From an uncultured Verrucomicrobiae bacterium (GTDB taxonomy: Bacteria; Verrucomicrobiota; Verrucomicrobiia; Limisphaerales; JAFGQR01), in assembly GCA_963788655.1 (NCBI GenBank), contig CAWBHS010000004.1, positions 26,349 to 90,348 on the forward strand: a stretch of 64,000 bases of DNA, written 5' to 3'. The position numbers and the translations under genes were made by a program. Under the pieces are notes generated by a model, which ran no database searches, was not told the DNA's origin, and worked only from the letters and a program-made list of their open reading frames with translations. Below, piece after piece: positions 55,879 through 64,000 of the stretch. Within the stretch, counting starts at the first letter, position 1. The number at the start of each line of letters is the position of its first letter.

Positions 55879-56050
55879 CTCTTCTCCGCCTCCATGCGGT
55901 TAAGTTGGGGAACCGAATCGTTGAGGTTTATTCAGGCCGCTGGTTGCCAAGGGAGCGTCCTTGGGGAAGAATAAGCGCGTCCGGCGTGGTAACGCCACGA
56001 CTAACGGACAACGACGAACATTTGAGACGAATAAAAGGATATCATCGAGC

Positions 56051-57225
56051 ATGCGTCTGACGCTCCAAGCCCGGCTGGCGGTGGTAGGGTTCGTTCTGAG
56101 CGTGGCTTCGGCCCTGGCCCAACTGGATCCGTACCCGCGCAATTTCATCGAAAGCGGCTATGATCAGCCGGTTCAGGGACAAGGTCCGTTGGCCGCTTAC
56201 GGGTTCTTCTACCACAATAATCCGCAGTTCTTTCGCACCAACCAGGTGTTGCGACTCGTGGTGGGGCCGACCTTCCTGGATGGCGAATTGGGCTTCCGCC
56301 ATCTGCTCTCTCCCACCACGGATGGGGCCATTGAGGTGAAAGGCGGCGGGTTTATCGACGATCACCACGAGGTGCGCCAGGGCCATTATTTCAAGGACCA
56401 AAGCTTCGACGGGCATGGTGGTGGCGCCAGTTTGAGTCTTTATCAACGGCTCAATCCGCACCAGCGTATTCCGCTCAATGCCGTCGTCCGGGGAGGAGTT
56501 CACTACGCGACCTTTGCCGCCACCGACCGGACCGCGCCCGCCTTTCAAGTGCCAGGCAACCAAGTCGATCCCTTCGTCCGCGTCGGCTTGCGCCTGGCCG
56601 GCACACCGCCGAGGCTGTTTCCCCGCCTGGGCATGGAGGTCTCGGTGTGGTATGAGCGCCAATGGCGTTTGCAGTCCGACGCCTATGGTTTCAATCACGA
56701 CCGGCGACTCCGGCCCCGTGCCGACATCTATTGGCTGTACGCGGGATTGGACTATGCGTGGACCAACGTGGGCCACCAGGTTTCCTTGGGGCTGACCGCC
56801 GGCGGTTCGGCGGAAGCGGATCGCTTCAGCGCCTGGCGACTGGGCAGCATGTTGCCCCTCGTGGCGGAAGTGCCCCTGTCGTTGCCGGGGTATTATTTCC
56901 AGGAACTCACGGCGCGTCGCTTCGTGCATTTGAGCGTGGATTACCTTTTTCGGTTTACCCCGACGAGCCGCTGGCAACTCATGGCCAGCGCGGCCAGCGC
57001 TTGCGTCGATTATCTGCCGGGCTTCGAACAACCCGGTGCCTGGCAAACCGGCGCGGGCGGAGGCGTCGCCTACACCTCGCCGCACCAGACGTGGCGCGTG
57101 ATCCTCCGCTACGGCTACGGCTTCAACGCCCTCCGCCACGGCGAAGCGGGCGCCCACAGCGTCGGCCTTTTGTTCCAGGTACCGATTTCGGGGAACCGCC
57201 CCGGCATTCCCGTTCCGACGAGTAA
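56051..57225 (+). CDS. Putative outer-membrane beta-barrel protein (frameshift near 57180)
   Basis: Signal peptide, amphipathic strands, ends ...HSVGLLFQ/DF..., with stop TAA at 57223-57225 in the shifted frame. Confidence 0.6.
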
Positions 57226-57229
57226 GCCT

Positions 57230-58462
57230 ATGAAGAGGGATGCGGAGGTTCCGCCGATTCCACGTGACGCACCCGGTCGGCCGAAAGCGGTCATCGACGC
57301 CGTCCGCGAAACTGCCGCGCCGGATGTTGGCATGGCCGCCGGTGACACGCAGGCCGGCGCCGAAGCGGCGGCCCGCGCCGAGGACGCAACTCTGGTGGCG
57401 CCCCGTCCGGCCGCTGCCTCCCTGGTGGTGTTGGCGGTGCTGGGGCTGATTGCGTTTTTGTACTTCGCCCAGGAAGTGGTAGTGCCGGTGGTGCTGGCTT
57501 CGGTGGTCGGGATGTCACTCCAACCACTCGTTCGCCTGTTGGTGCGCCTTCACATTCCTCGGTTTTTGGCGGCGGCCATCGTCCTCGGCACCTTTATCGC
57601 GGTGGTGAGTTACGGTTTCGTTCGGCTTGGCGAACCTGCCATGGAGTGGGTCAATGACGCGCCCGTGCATCTCGAACAACTGCGGGAAAAACTGCGGGCG
57701 GTGCTGCTGCCGGCGGCCAAGATCAGTCAGGCGGCGGCGGCGGTGGCGAACCTCAGCGCCACCGAAGAGAACCGGCCGTCCCCCCCGACGGTGGAAGTCA
57801 AGGACAAGGGCCTGACGAACACGCTCTTTAATTGGACCGGCAATTTCGTGCTTGGATTGATCGAAACGCTCGTGCTGTTGTTTCTGTTGCTGGCCTCCGG
57901 CGAACAATTTCTGCCGAAACTCGTGGCCCTGTTGCCGGTTTTGCAAGACCGGAAGGGCGCGGTGGAAATCAGCCGCCAAATTCAACAGCACATCTCGAAG
58001 TACCTGTTCGCGATTTCGGTGCTCAACCTCAGTCTTGGCGTGGTGGTGGGGGCGGGGTTGTATTTCATGGGCGTACCCAATCCCGCGTTGTGGGGCGCCG
58101 TGGCGGCCATCTTGAATTTTGTTCCGTATTTCGGGCCCTTCGCGGGCGTAGTGATCATCGGCATGGTGGGCCTGCTGTCGTTTTCCCAACTGGCCGCCGG
58201 ATTGTTGCCGCCGGCCTGGTACCTGACGGTTCACCTCGTGGAGGCCAATCTCATCACCCCGGTCATTCTGGGCCGCCGCTTCACGATGAGCCCGGTGGTG
58301 ATTTTCATTTCACTCATGTTTTGGATGTGGTTGTGGGGCATCACCGGCGCCTTGGTGGCGGTGCCCTTGCTCGTCTCGCTCAAGGATGTGTGCGAGCGCA
58401 GGGAAATCCTGGCGCCGCTGCGAGACCTGCTGGGCGGTAAAGCCCCGCGGCCCCAGCGCTGA
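57230..58462 (+). CDS. AI-2E family transporter
   Basis: Multiple TMs; LNFVPYFGP, EANLITP.ILGR, WMWLWG..GALVAVP. Confidence 0.85.
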   Translation: MKRDAEVPPIPRDAPGRPKAVIDAVRETAAPDVGMAAGDTQAGAEAAARAEDATLVAPRPAAASLVVLAVLGLIAFLYFAQEVVVPVVLASVVGMSLQPLVRLLVRLHIPRFLAAAIVLGTFIAVVSYGFVRLGEPAMEWVNDAPVHLEQLREKLRAVLLPAAKISQAAAAVANLSATEENRPSPPTVEVKDKGLTNTLFNWTGNFVLGLIETLVLLFLLLASGEQFLPKLVALLPVLQDRKGAVEISRQIQQHISKYLFAISVLNLSLGVVVGAGLYFMGVPNPALWGAVAAILNFVPYFGPFAGVVIIGMVGLLSFSQLAAGLLPPAWYLTVHLVEANLITPVILGRRFTMSPVVIFISLMFWMWLWGITGALVAVPLLVSLKDVCERREILAPLRDLLGGKAPRPQR

Positions 58463-58557
58463 ATGCCGGGGATTATTGCACGGTGCGGCGTGCAAAGTGC
58501 AACCGCTCCCCGGCTCCCTTTTCGCCTGACCGGCTGCCGATCAGGCACTTGGATGGA

Positions 58558-58572
58558 TGGCACGATTTGAGC
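58558..58572 (+). promoter_or_regulatory. Putative sigma54 promoter
   Basis: TGGCACGATTTGAGC with GG-N10-GC spacing, upstream of the DUF3185 gene. Confidence 0.35.
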
Positions 58573-58740
58573 GGAAGATGGTGGCATGAAGAGAATCGTT
58601 GTGGTCCAGCGATGAGTAATTGCCCGGACCGACTGCTCGAATAAGCGGCGTGCGGGCCTTCGGGGCACCCCTTGCTCGTCCGAGGTGGAACTTCACAGCG
58701 AATGAAATAGAACGAAACATCCAAAACGAAAGGATCAACA

Positions 58741-58947
58741 ATGAATAGAGCCCTGGGAATTGCCCTCCTCGTCATCGGCGTGGGATTGATCATTTTCGGC
58801 ATTAACGCCACCCAATCACTCAGCTCGGACTTCTCGCGGTTTTTCACCGGCACCCCCACGGAGAAATCCATTTGGATGCTCCTCGGCGGCGTGGCCGCGG
58901 CCGTCGTCGGCTTGGTATTGAGCATGAGCCGCCGGGTCAAGTCCTAG
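58741..58947 (+). CDS. DUF3185 family small membrane protein
   Basis: GIALLVIG..L..FG...S.FFTG.PT.K..W.L.GG; AAGGA RBS. Confidence 0.85.
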   Translation: MNRALGIALLVIGVGLIIFGINATQSLSSDFSRFFTGTPTEKSIWMLLGGVAAAVVGLVLSMSRRVKS

Positions 58948-58964
58948 CCGGGCTCGCCGGTATT

Positions 58965-59477
58965 TCAAGTCGAATCCTCGTCCCCGGAACCAACCGGGGA
59001 GGGGTTGGGCTTGACGTGTTGGTATTCGTTCCAGACCAGAAACACCACGAAGGCATCGAAGACCGTCAAGCCGACCAAACCCCAGGAAAAGTGCGCGGTG
59101 AGTCGGTAAACCTGATAACCGATGAACAGGACGAGCACGACCATCGACACCGGAAAGGCCCACAGTTTATTGCGCCACAGCCCCCACACGACGAAGCCCT
59201 TCGTCAGGCCGTGAATGAGCAAATAAATGGCCGCAAAAAGCTGGCGTCCCGAGGAGAAGTGATGGAAGGCCTGCTGCAGCGCGTTGGCCAACAAATCGTC
59301 CGGATCCTCCATCAATTCGTGGTGCGTCAAGGCCAGCACGATCTCATGGAGCGTTGAGTGTTGCACGACCAGAAACAACACACCGCCCACCGTTTCCAAA
59401 AATCCATCGACGCCTTTGGCGACAATGCCGATTTTGAACAGGAGATGCAGCACCTGCTGACGGGACCATTTTTTCAT
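58965..59477 (-). CDS. DUF2127 family membrane protein
   Basis: KGVDG.LE..GG, EL.EDP.D, YLLIHG..K, LW..K.WAFP, YQ.Y, W.EY. Confidence 0.8.
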   Translation of the reverse strand: MKKWSRQQVLHLLFKIGIVAKGVDGFLETVGGVLFLVVQHSTLHEIVLALTHHELMEDPDDLLANALQQAFHHFSSGRQLFAAIYLLIHGLTKGFVVWGLWRNKLWAFPVSMVVLVLFIGYQVYRLTAHFSWGLVGLTVFDAFVVFLVWNEYQHVKPNPSPVGSGDEDST

Positions 59478-59651
59478 TGTTCTTGTATCGTGAACGCCCT
59501 GCCGAGCGCCACTGGGCGATACAGCAAAATTCAATTCGGCGCAACTCTGGCCCGTGATTGTAGCCTCTCCTTGAGTTCGATAGCGGTGGAGAGAGCCGCC
59601 CCGCACTTTAGGATCGGGTGGGTACCGAATGCACTTGCGGCCAACGCGGCA

Positions 59652-59948
59652 GCGTCATGGAGTGCGGCAGCCCTCTGCCGCTTTCGAGCCACGCCCGGCG
59701 CTCGCCTGCCCGCGCCACGACCGTCAGCTCAGCAGCGTACTCCTGCTTGCGAAAGCGGTGGAGAACCGAGCGCACTCCCAGACAGGGTGGACGCTCAGCG
59801 AGGCCGCTGATAACTCGCGCTAGCGTTTGGAGCGCGTCAGGCTTGCCGGCGCTTTCGCACGCCAAGTGACGTGGCATGGTTGATGGACTAACGATTAGAC
59901 TCGGAGCGCGCGTTTCATTCGAAAGCGGCAGAGGGCTGCCGCACTCTA
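59652..59948. repeat. Cluster of four TGGAGTGCG-type REP-like palindromes
   Basis: gcgtcatggagtgcggcagccctctgccgctttc; gaaagcggtggagaaccgagcgcactcc; gcgtttggagcgcgtcaggcttgccggcgctttc; gaaagcggcagagggctgccgcactc. Confidence 0.7.
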
Positions 59949-60165
59949 ACGGTAATATTTCACACGCCTCTTCGCAAGGCATCCGGTCCGCGATTTTGGG
60001 GGGCCGGAATTCGTGGCGAACCGCCGCTTTTTCAAGACGGCAAGGGCGCCCCAGGAGTTATCGGATTTTGACCGCTCAAAACCTCACTTTTGGGCCGGTT
60101 TTGAAGACGCCTCGCCCCGTGCCGCAGGGCGCCCCGCCGTTTGGGAGTTTGTGCCTGCCGGCCAG

Positions 60166-60500
60166 CTACGTTGCGCCGATCGCCCGAGCCGCCAACCTCG
60201 CCGCGCATTGGCGAAACAAAGCTTGTAACGGAAAGGCCGAACTCATCTGCACATACACCCGCCGCACGCTCACCGTCACTTGCGCCGCCACTTTCAGCAG
60301 CCGCGTGCGAATCGTCCCCACCGTCGCCGTCGCCAACCCGCTGCCCCGCAGCCTCACCGTCCGCACGCGCTCCAACAACAGATACGCCAGGGTCGCCCGG
60401 TTGCTCGCCAGTTCGTGCGTGCTCATCCGGGCCCCCGGTAAATCCAGCACTTGTTGTTTGAGCACATTTTCCATGTCCCCCCACGCACAGTAAAAGCCTT
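60166..60500 (-). mobile_element. IS1380-family transposase C-terminal remnant
   Basis: YCAWGDMEN..KQ..LDL...STH..ASN...LAYLL.ER.R...ATVGTIR.RLLKVAA.V.VSVRR. Confidence 0.75.
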
Positions 60501-60859
60501 CATACCGCGCCGCCGCGACAAACCGGGTGCGATCTTCCTCACAGAAACCTTCCCGTGGCAAATTTTGAGACGCCGTGAGAATTCACGCTCAACCCGCGGT
60601 TGCGACCGAGAGCCATCATCTCCGGATCGTTTCAAGTGCGAAGGACGTTTCGCCACATGGGCATCGTACGCGACTGCTTCTTATTAAATGGCCGCGGGGC
60701 ATTGTGCGAGGAACAGCAAGTAACAACCACGTTCAGGAGAAAAACACGCGGAAGTCGGTAGCTATCGACTTTGACGCTGTTGGTACCGTCCTGCACGTGC
60801 GAGGGGAGAGCGACTTCCCCGATGACCTGGCTCGCAAGTGACAGCATCAGGTTATTTTC

Positions 60860-61267
60860 TCACTTGGCTGGTAAGCCTTCTTGCCGTAGCAGGTCGTTCG
60901 GGATAGCTGCGAAATGCGGGTCGCGATGGACCAATGTGGCGTTTTCAAGTGAAGCAGAGGCTGAAATCAAAACGTCCATCGCTGACACACGAGTTGTAGC
61001 GCCGATACGGAGCCGGATAGCTTCATTCGCGACGGTTTCATTGACATCGACAATCTTGTCCAGCAGAGATCTATATCGGCTCACTTCAGTCGCACGAGTT
61101 GCTCCATCTATCCCCAGTAGATGGAGGCGGAGATCGAATTCAAACAAGGCAAGCACGGAGGTTCCAACCACCACGGCATCGTCTTCGAAAAGAGCCTGGA
61201 CTCTTGCCGCACCTGGTTCGGCCAAGTAGTGCGCCAGCAGAGCCGACGTATCCAGGAGGTGAGTCAC
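60860..61267 (-). CDS. vapC: PIN-domain (VapC-type) toxin
   Basis: LLDTSALL...EPG, E, MD..I.A.A, LVHRDPHF. Confidence 0.85.
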   Translation of the reverse strand: MTHLLDTSALLAHYLAEPGAARVQALFEDDAVVVGTSVLALFEFDLRLHLLGIDGATRATEVSRYRSLLDKIVDVNETVANEAIRLRIGATTRVSAMDVLISASASLENATLVHRDPHFAAIPNDLLRQEGLPAK

Positions 61268-61533
61268 CGTTGTTCGTCTGTTTGGTCAAGTTGGTCGTCA
61301 TGTTCCCGGTCGCGAATCAGGTCGCCGATTGGATCTGCTCCTGCCTTCAGCCAGGGACGCCCCGCTCCCATTAGTTGACGAGCCAGTTCCCCGCGCCGGG
61401 GCAAGGGCTTGACTGCAATTAGACCTTCATCGGTCTTCTCCCATTTTAAACGGGTGCCTGGATGAATGTCGAACTCGCGCACAATGTCCGCTGGAATCCT
61501 CACCAAGTTGTTTTCGCTGACGGTCGATGTCAT
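61264..61533 (-). CDS. vapB: AbrB/MazE-type antitoxin
   Basis: STVSE...VRIPA.I..EF.I.PG..L.W; overlaps the PIN gene start. Confidence 0.8.
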   Translation of the reverse strand: MTSTVSENNLVRIPADIVREFDIHPGTRLKWEKTDEGLIAVKPLPRRGELARQLMGAGRPWLKAGADPIGDLIRDREHDDQLDQTDEQR

Positions 61534-61866
61534 GGTGCAAATTTATCAAGGCTGGATGCCTTAGGCAATGAGACGTTTGGTGATGTTTCTGCCACGGAGC
61601 CCCAATCCCCACAATGCGCGGGCATCGCTAATCGCTGTCCTGACACACGCTCACCCGACTCGGGTACAAGAATGTCCGCGCGAAGTAAACGTGGGACAGC
61701 GCGTTCCGCCTGTCCCGAAGTTCAAGAAGCGGTCCGATCTTGTGTGAACATCTCTTTGCAGAAGGTCGGTTTCTTGCCATGCGGGACCGCCGGGATGGCT
61801 TTCCTACGTTGGCTCCGCCTCAGCCGCGCTTGACGGCGTTTTGTTAATTCGCGTACGCTCCCGGTC

Positions 61867-63221
61867 ATGACCACCGAAGGGACTGCGCCGCGCGTCCAAA
61901 CCAAATCGGCTCCCACGCATTGGCGGGGCATGCTCCGGCACCTGGGGCCGGGGTTGATCATCAGCGCGGCGATCGTCGGCTCGGGGGAATTGATCGTGAC
62001 GCCCAAGCTGGGTGCTTCGGTTGGTTTCACGTTGTTGTGGTTCATCATCCTGGGCTGTTTTATCAAGGTGTTTGTGCAAATCGAGCTGGGCCGGTTTGCT
62101 GTGGCCAAAGGGATGACCACCCTGGAGGCCATGAATACGATGCCCGGCCCGCGGTTCATTGTGTCATGGCTGCTCTGGCTCTGGCTGTTCATGTACCTCT
62201 CGCTGGTGTTTCAAGTGGCCGGCATGATTGGCGGGGTGGCGTCGGTGTTTGTGCTGGCCGGCTTTCCGATCAGCGAAAGAACAGCAACGTTGCTGATCGG
62301 GGCGGTGACCGCCGGGTTGCTGGTCGTGGGACGCTATCGGATGATCGAACGGTTTTCCCTGGTGTTGGTGGCGATCTTCACGTTTTGCACGCTCGTCGCC
62401 GTGGGTGCGCTCCAATGGACCGATTTTGCCGTGACACCGCAGCACCTCGTGGAAGGGCTGGAGTTTCGGCTGCCGCAGGATTTTACCATTGCCTTCGCCG
62501 CCTTCGGGATAATTGGCGTGGGCGCGTCAGAACTCATTTATTATCCGTATTGGTGCCTGGAGAAAGGTTACGCGCGCAACGTGGGCCCGAATGATGGCTC
62601 GTTGCCCTGGCGGGAACGGGCGGCGGGATGGATGCGCGTGATGCACCTTGACGCCTGGGTGTCATTCGTGATCTACACGCTGGCGACGCTGGCGTTTTAC
62701 CTGTTGGGCGCGGCGGTGTTGCATGCCAAAGGGCTGGAAGTGAAGAACGAGGAAATGATCGCGCGGCTTTCGCAGATGTATTTGGAGACATTGGGCGCTT
62801 GGAGCTTTTGGCTGTTTCTGATGGGCGCAGTCGTGGTGCTGTATTCGACCGTGTTTTGCGCTACCGCCTCGAACGCGCGGTTGTTTGCAGACGCGCTGTT
62901 GCTGTTTGGTTTCGTCAAATACCGTGACGATGAACACCGCATGACCATGGTGCGGGTCGGTTGTGTGCTGCTGCCCATCGCCTGCGTGGCGGTGTATTTG
63001 TTTTGGGGACAACCGGTGTCGCTCGTGCTGATCGGAGCGCTGGCGCAAGGATTGATGCTGCCGTTTCTGGCCATGGCCGCGCTGTATTTTATTACCGCCG
63101 CACTGACGAATTCTTGCTGCCGGGTCGGTTGTGGCTCGCCTGCCTGTGGCTGGCGACGCTGGCGATGACCGCGGTGGGCCTGTACCAGGTCATCGCCGAA
63201 ATTAGAAAGCGATTCTTCTAA
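61867..63221 (+). CDS. Nramp-family divalent metal transporter-like protein (frameshift near 63090)
   Basis: LGPGLII.AA.VGSGELI, GF.LLW, many TMs, YPYWC.EKGY. Confidence 0.8.
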
Positions 63222-64000
63222 ATGCAAAACTCCAAAACCAACCAGCCAACCATGTTCAGCTTAAACCATAAGACCGCCCTGGTAACCGGTGCGGGGTCCG
63301 GCATTGGTGCCGCCATCGCCGAAACACTGGCCCGTGCCGGTGCGTATGTATTTGTCACGGATTGCCATGAAGCCAGCGGCAAGGAAACGGTGACGCGTCT
63401 TGCAGGGCAAGGCTGCCAGGCTGACTTCATCCAACTGGATGTCCGCACCGAAACGGATTGCACTCGCGTCGCCCAACAAGCCCTGGCGGCGCGGGAGCGT
63501 CTCGACATTCTGGTGAACAACGCGGGCATTGGCCACGTGGGCACGTTGCTTACCACGGACGGGGCGGACCTGGACCGGTTGTATGCCGTCAATGTGCGCG
63601 GCGTGTTTAACGTCACCAAAGCCTTCCTGCCCGACATGGTGCGGCGCAAGTCCGGCGCGATTGTCAACCTGGCTTCAATTGGCGGCGTGCTGGGCATACG
63701 CGACCGGCTGGCGTATTGCACGACCAAGTTTGCCGTGGTGGGGCTGACGAAAACCATGGCACTGGATCACGCGATGGACGGCATCCGGGTGAATTGTATC
63801 TGTCCGGGCCGCGTGGAAACGCCATGGATCCAGGAACGGCTCAAGGAGTATCCCGATCCGGCGAAAGCCCACGCTGAAATGTGCGCGACGCAAGCGGTGG
63901 GGCGGATGGGCCGCCCGGACGAAATTGCCGCGGCCGCGCTCTACCTGGCCAGTGATGAAGCCGCGTTCGTAACCGGCACGACATTCATGATCGATGGCGG
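63222..64000 (+). CDS. SDR family oxidoreductase, 3'-truncated by the window edge (absent from the ORF track)
   Basis: VTGAGSGIG, LVNNAG, YCTTK, IRVNCICPG, F.TG...IDGG. Confidence 0.9.
   Translation, partial: MQNSKTNQPTMFSLNHKTALVTGAGSGIGAAIAETLARAGAYVFVTDCHEASGKETVTRLAGQGCQADFIQLDVRTETDCTRVAQQALAARERLDILVNNAGIGHVGTLLTTDGADLDRLYAVNVRGVFNVTKAFLPDMVRRKSGAIVNLASIGGVLGIRDRLAYCTTKFAVVGLTKTMALDHAMDGIRVNCICPGRVETPWIQERLKEYPDPAKAHAEMCATQAVGRMGRPDEIAAAALYLASDEAAFVTGTTFMIDG

Noticed and set aside
55961..58462. 833-aa outer-membrane protein / AI-2E transporter fusion in the ORF track
   Set aside because: A stop at 57223-57225 in the shifted frame and an ATG at 57230 indicate two genes joined by an indel; an OM barrel fused to an inner-membrane transporter is also implausible
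103..63893. Numerous long antisense or alternative-frame ORFs (e.g. 103-1110, 3164-4465, 37619-38950, 56042-57157)
   Set aside because: Shadow ORFs of high-GC genes that overlap well-supported CDSs and have no recognisable motifs

Overview
GC-rich bacterial window. Gene content and repeat types suggest Verrucomicrobiota (inference, not tested). The backbone is housekeeping: assimilatory sulfate reduction (cysI-cysH-cysD-cysNC), DUF1015, a three-gene nucleotide-sugar operon, a histidine kinase/sigma54 activator pair facing two tandem receiver proteins, purS-purQ-purL, purF, recG, membrane proteins, a vapBC pair beside an IS1380 remnant, an Nramp-like transporter and an SDR. A ~2,900-aa secreted lamin-tail/CotH/Ig protein occupies 14.1-23.0 kb. 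The main accessory region (23.6-41.1 kb) is an Rhs/YD polymorphic toxin locus. A LamG-like partner precedes a ~3,000-aa signal-peptide-bearing Rhs protein (transglutaminase-like, DUF6531, YD core, HNH-like tip) and its immunity gene. Downstream orphan cassettes include a CD38-like ADP-ribosyl cyclase/NADase tip with its own immunity gene. The cassettes have two separately variable regions and their own signal peptides, and their junctions carry a repeated ~250-nt non-coding element with complementary ends. A small secreted protein occurs twice in the locus. Single-base indels are frequent even in core genes, so most frameshifts are probably sequencing errors. All family calls come from motif recognition by eye, and coordinates of frameshifted genes are approximate.
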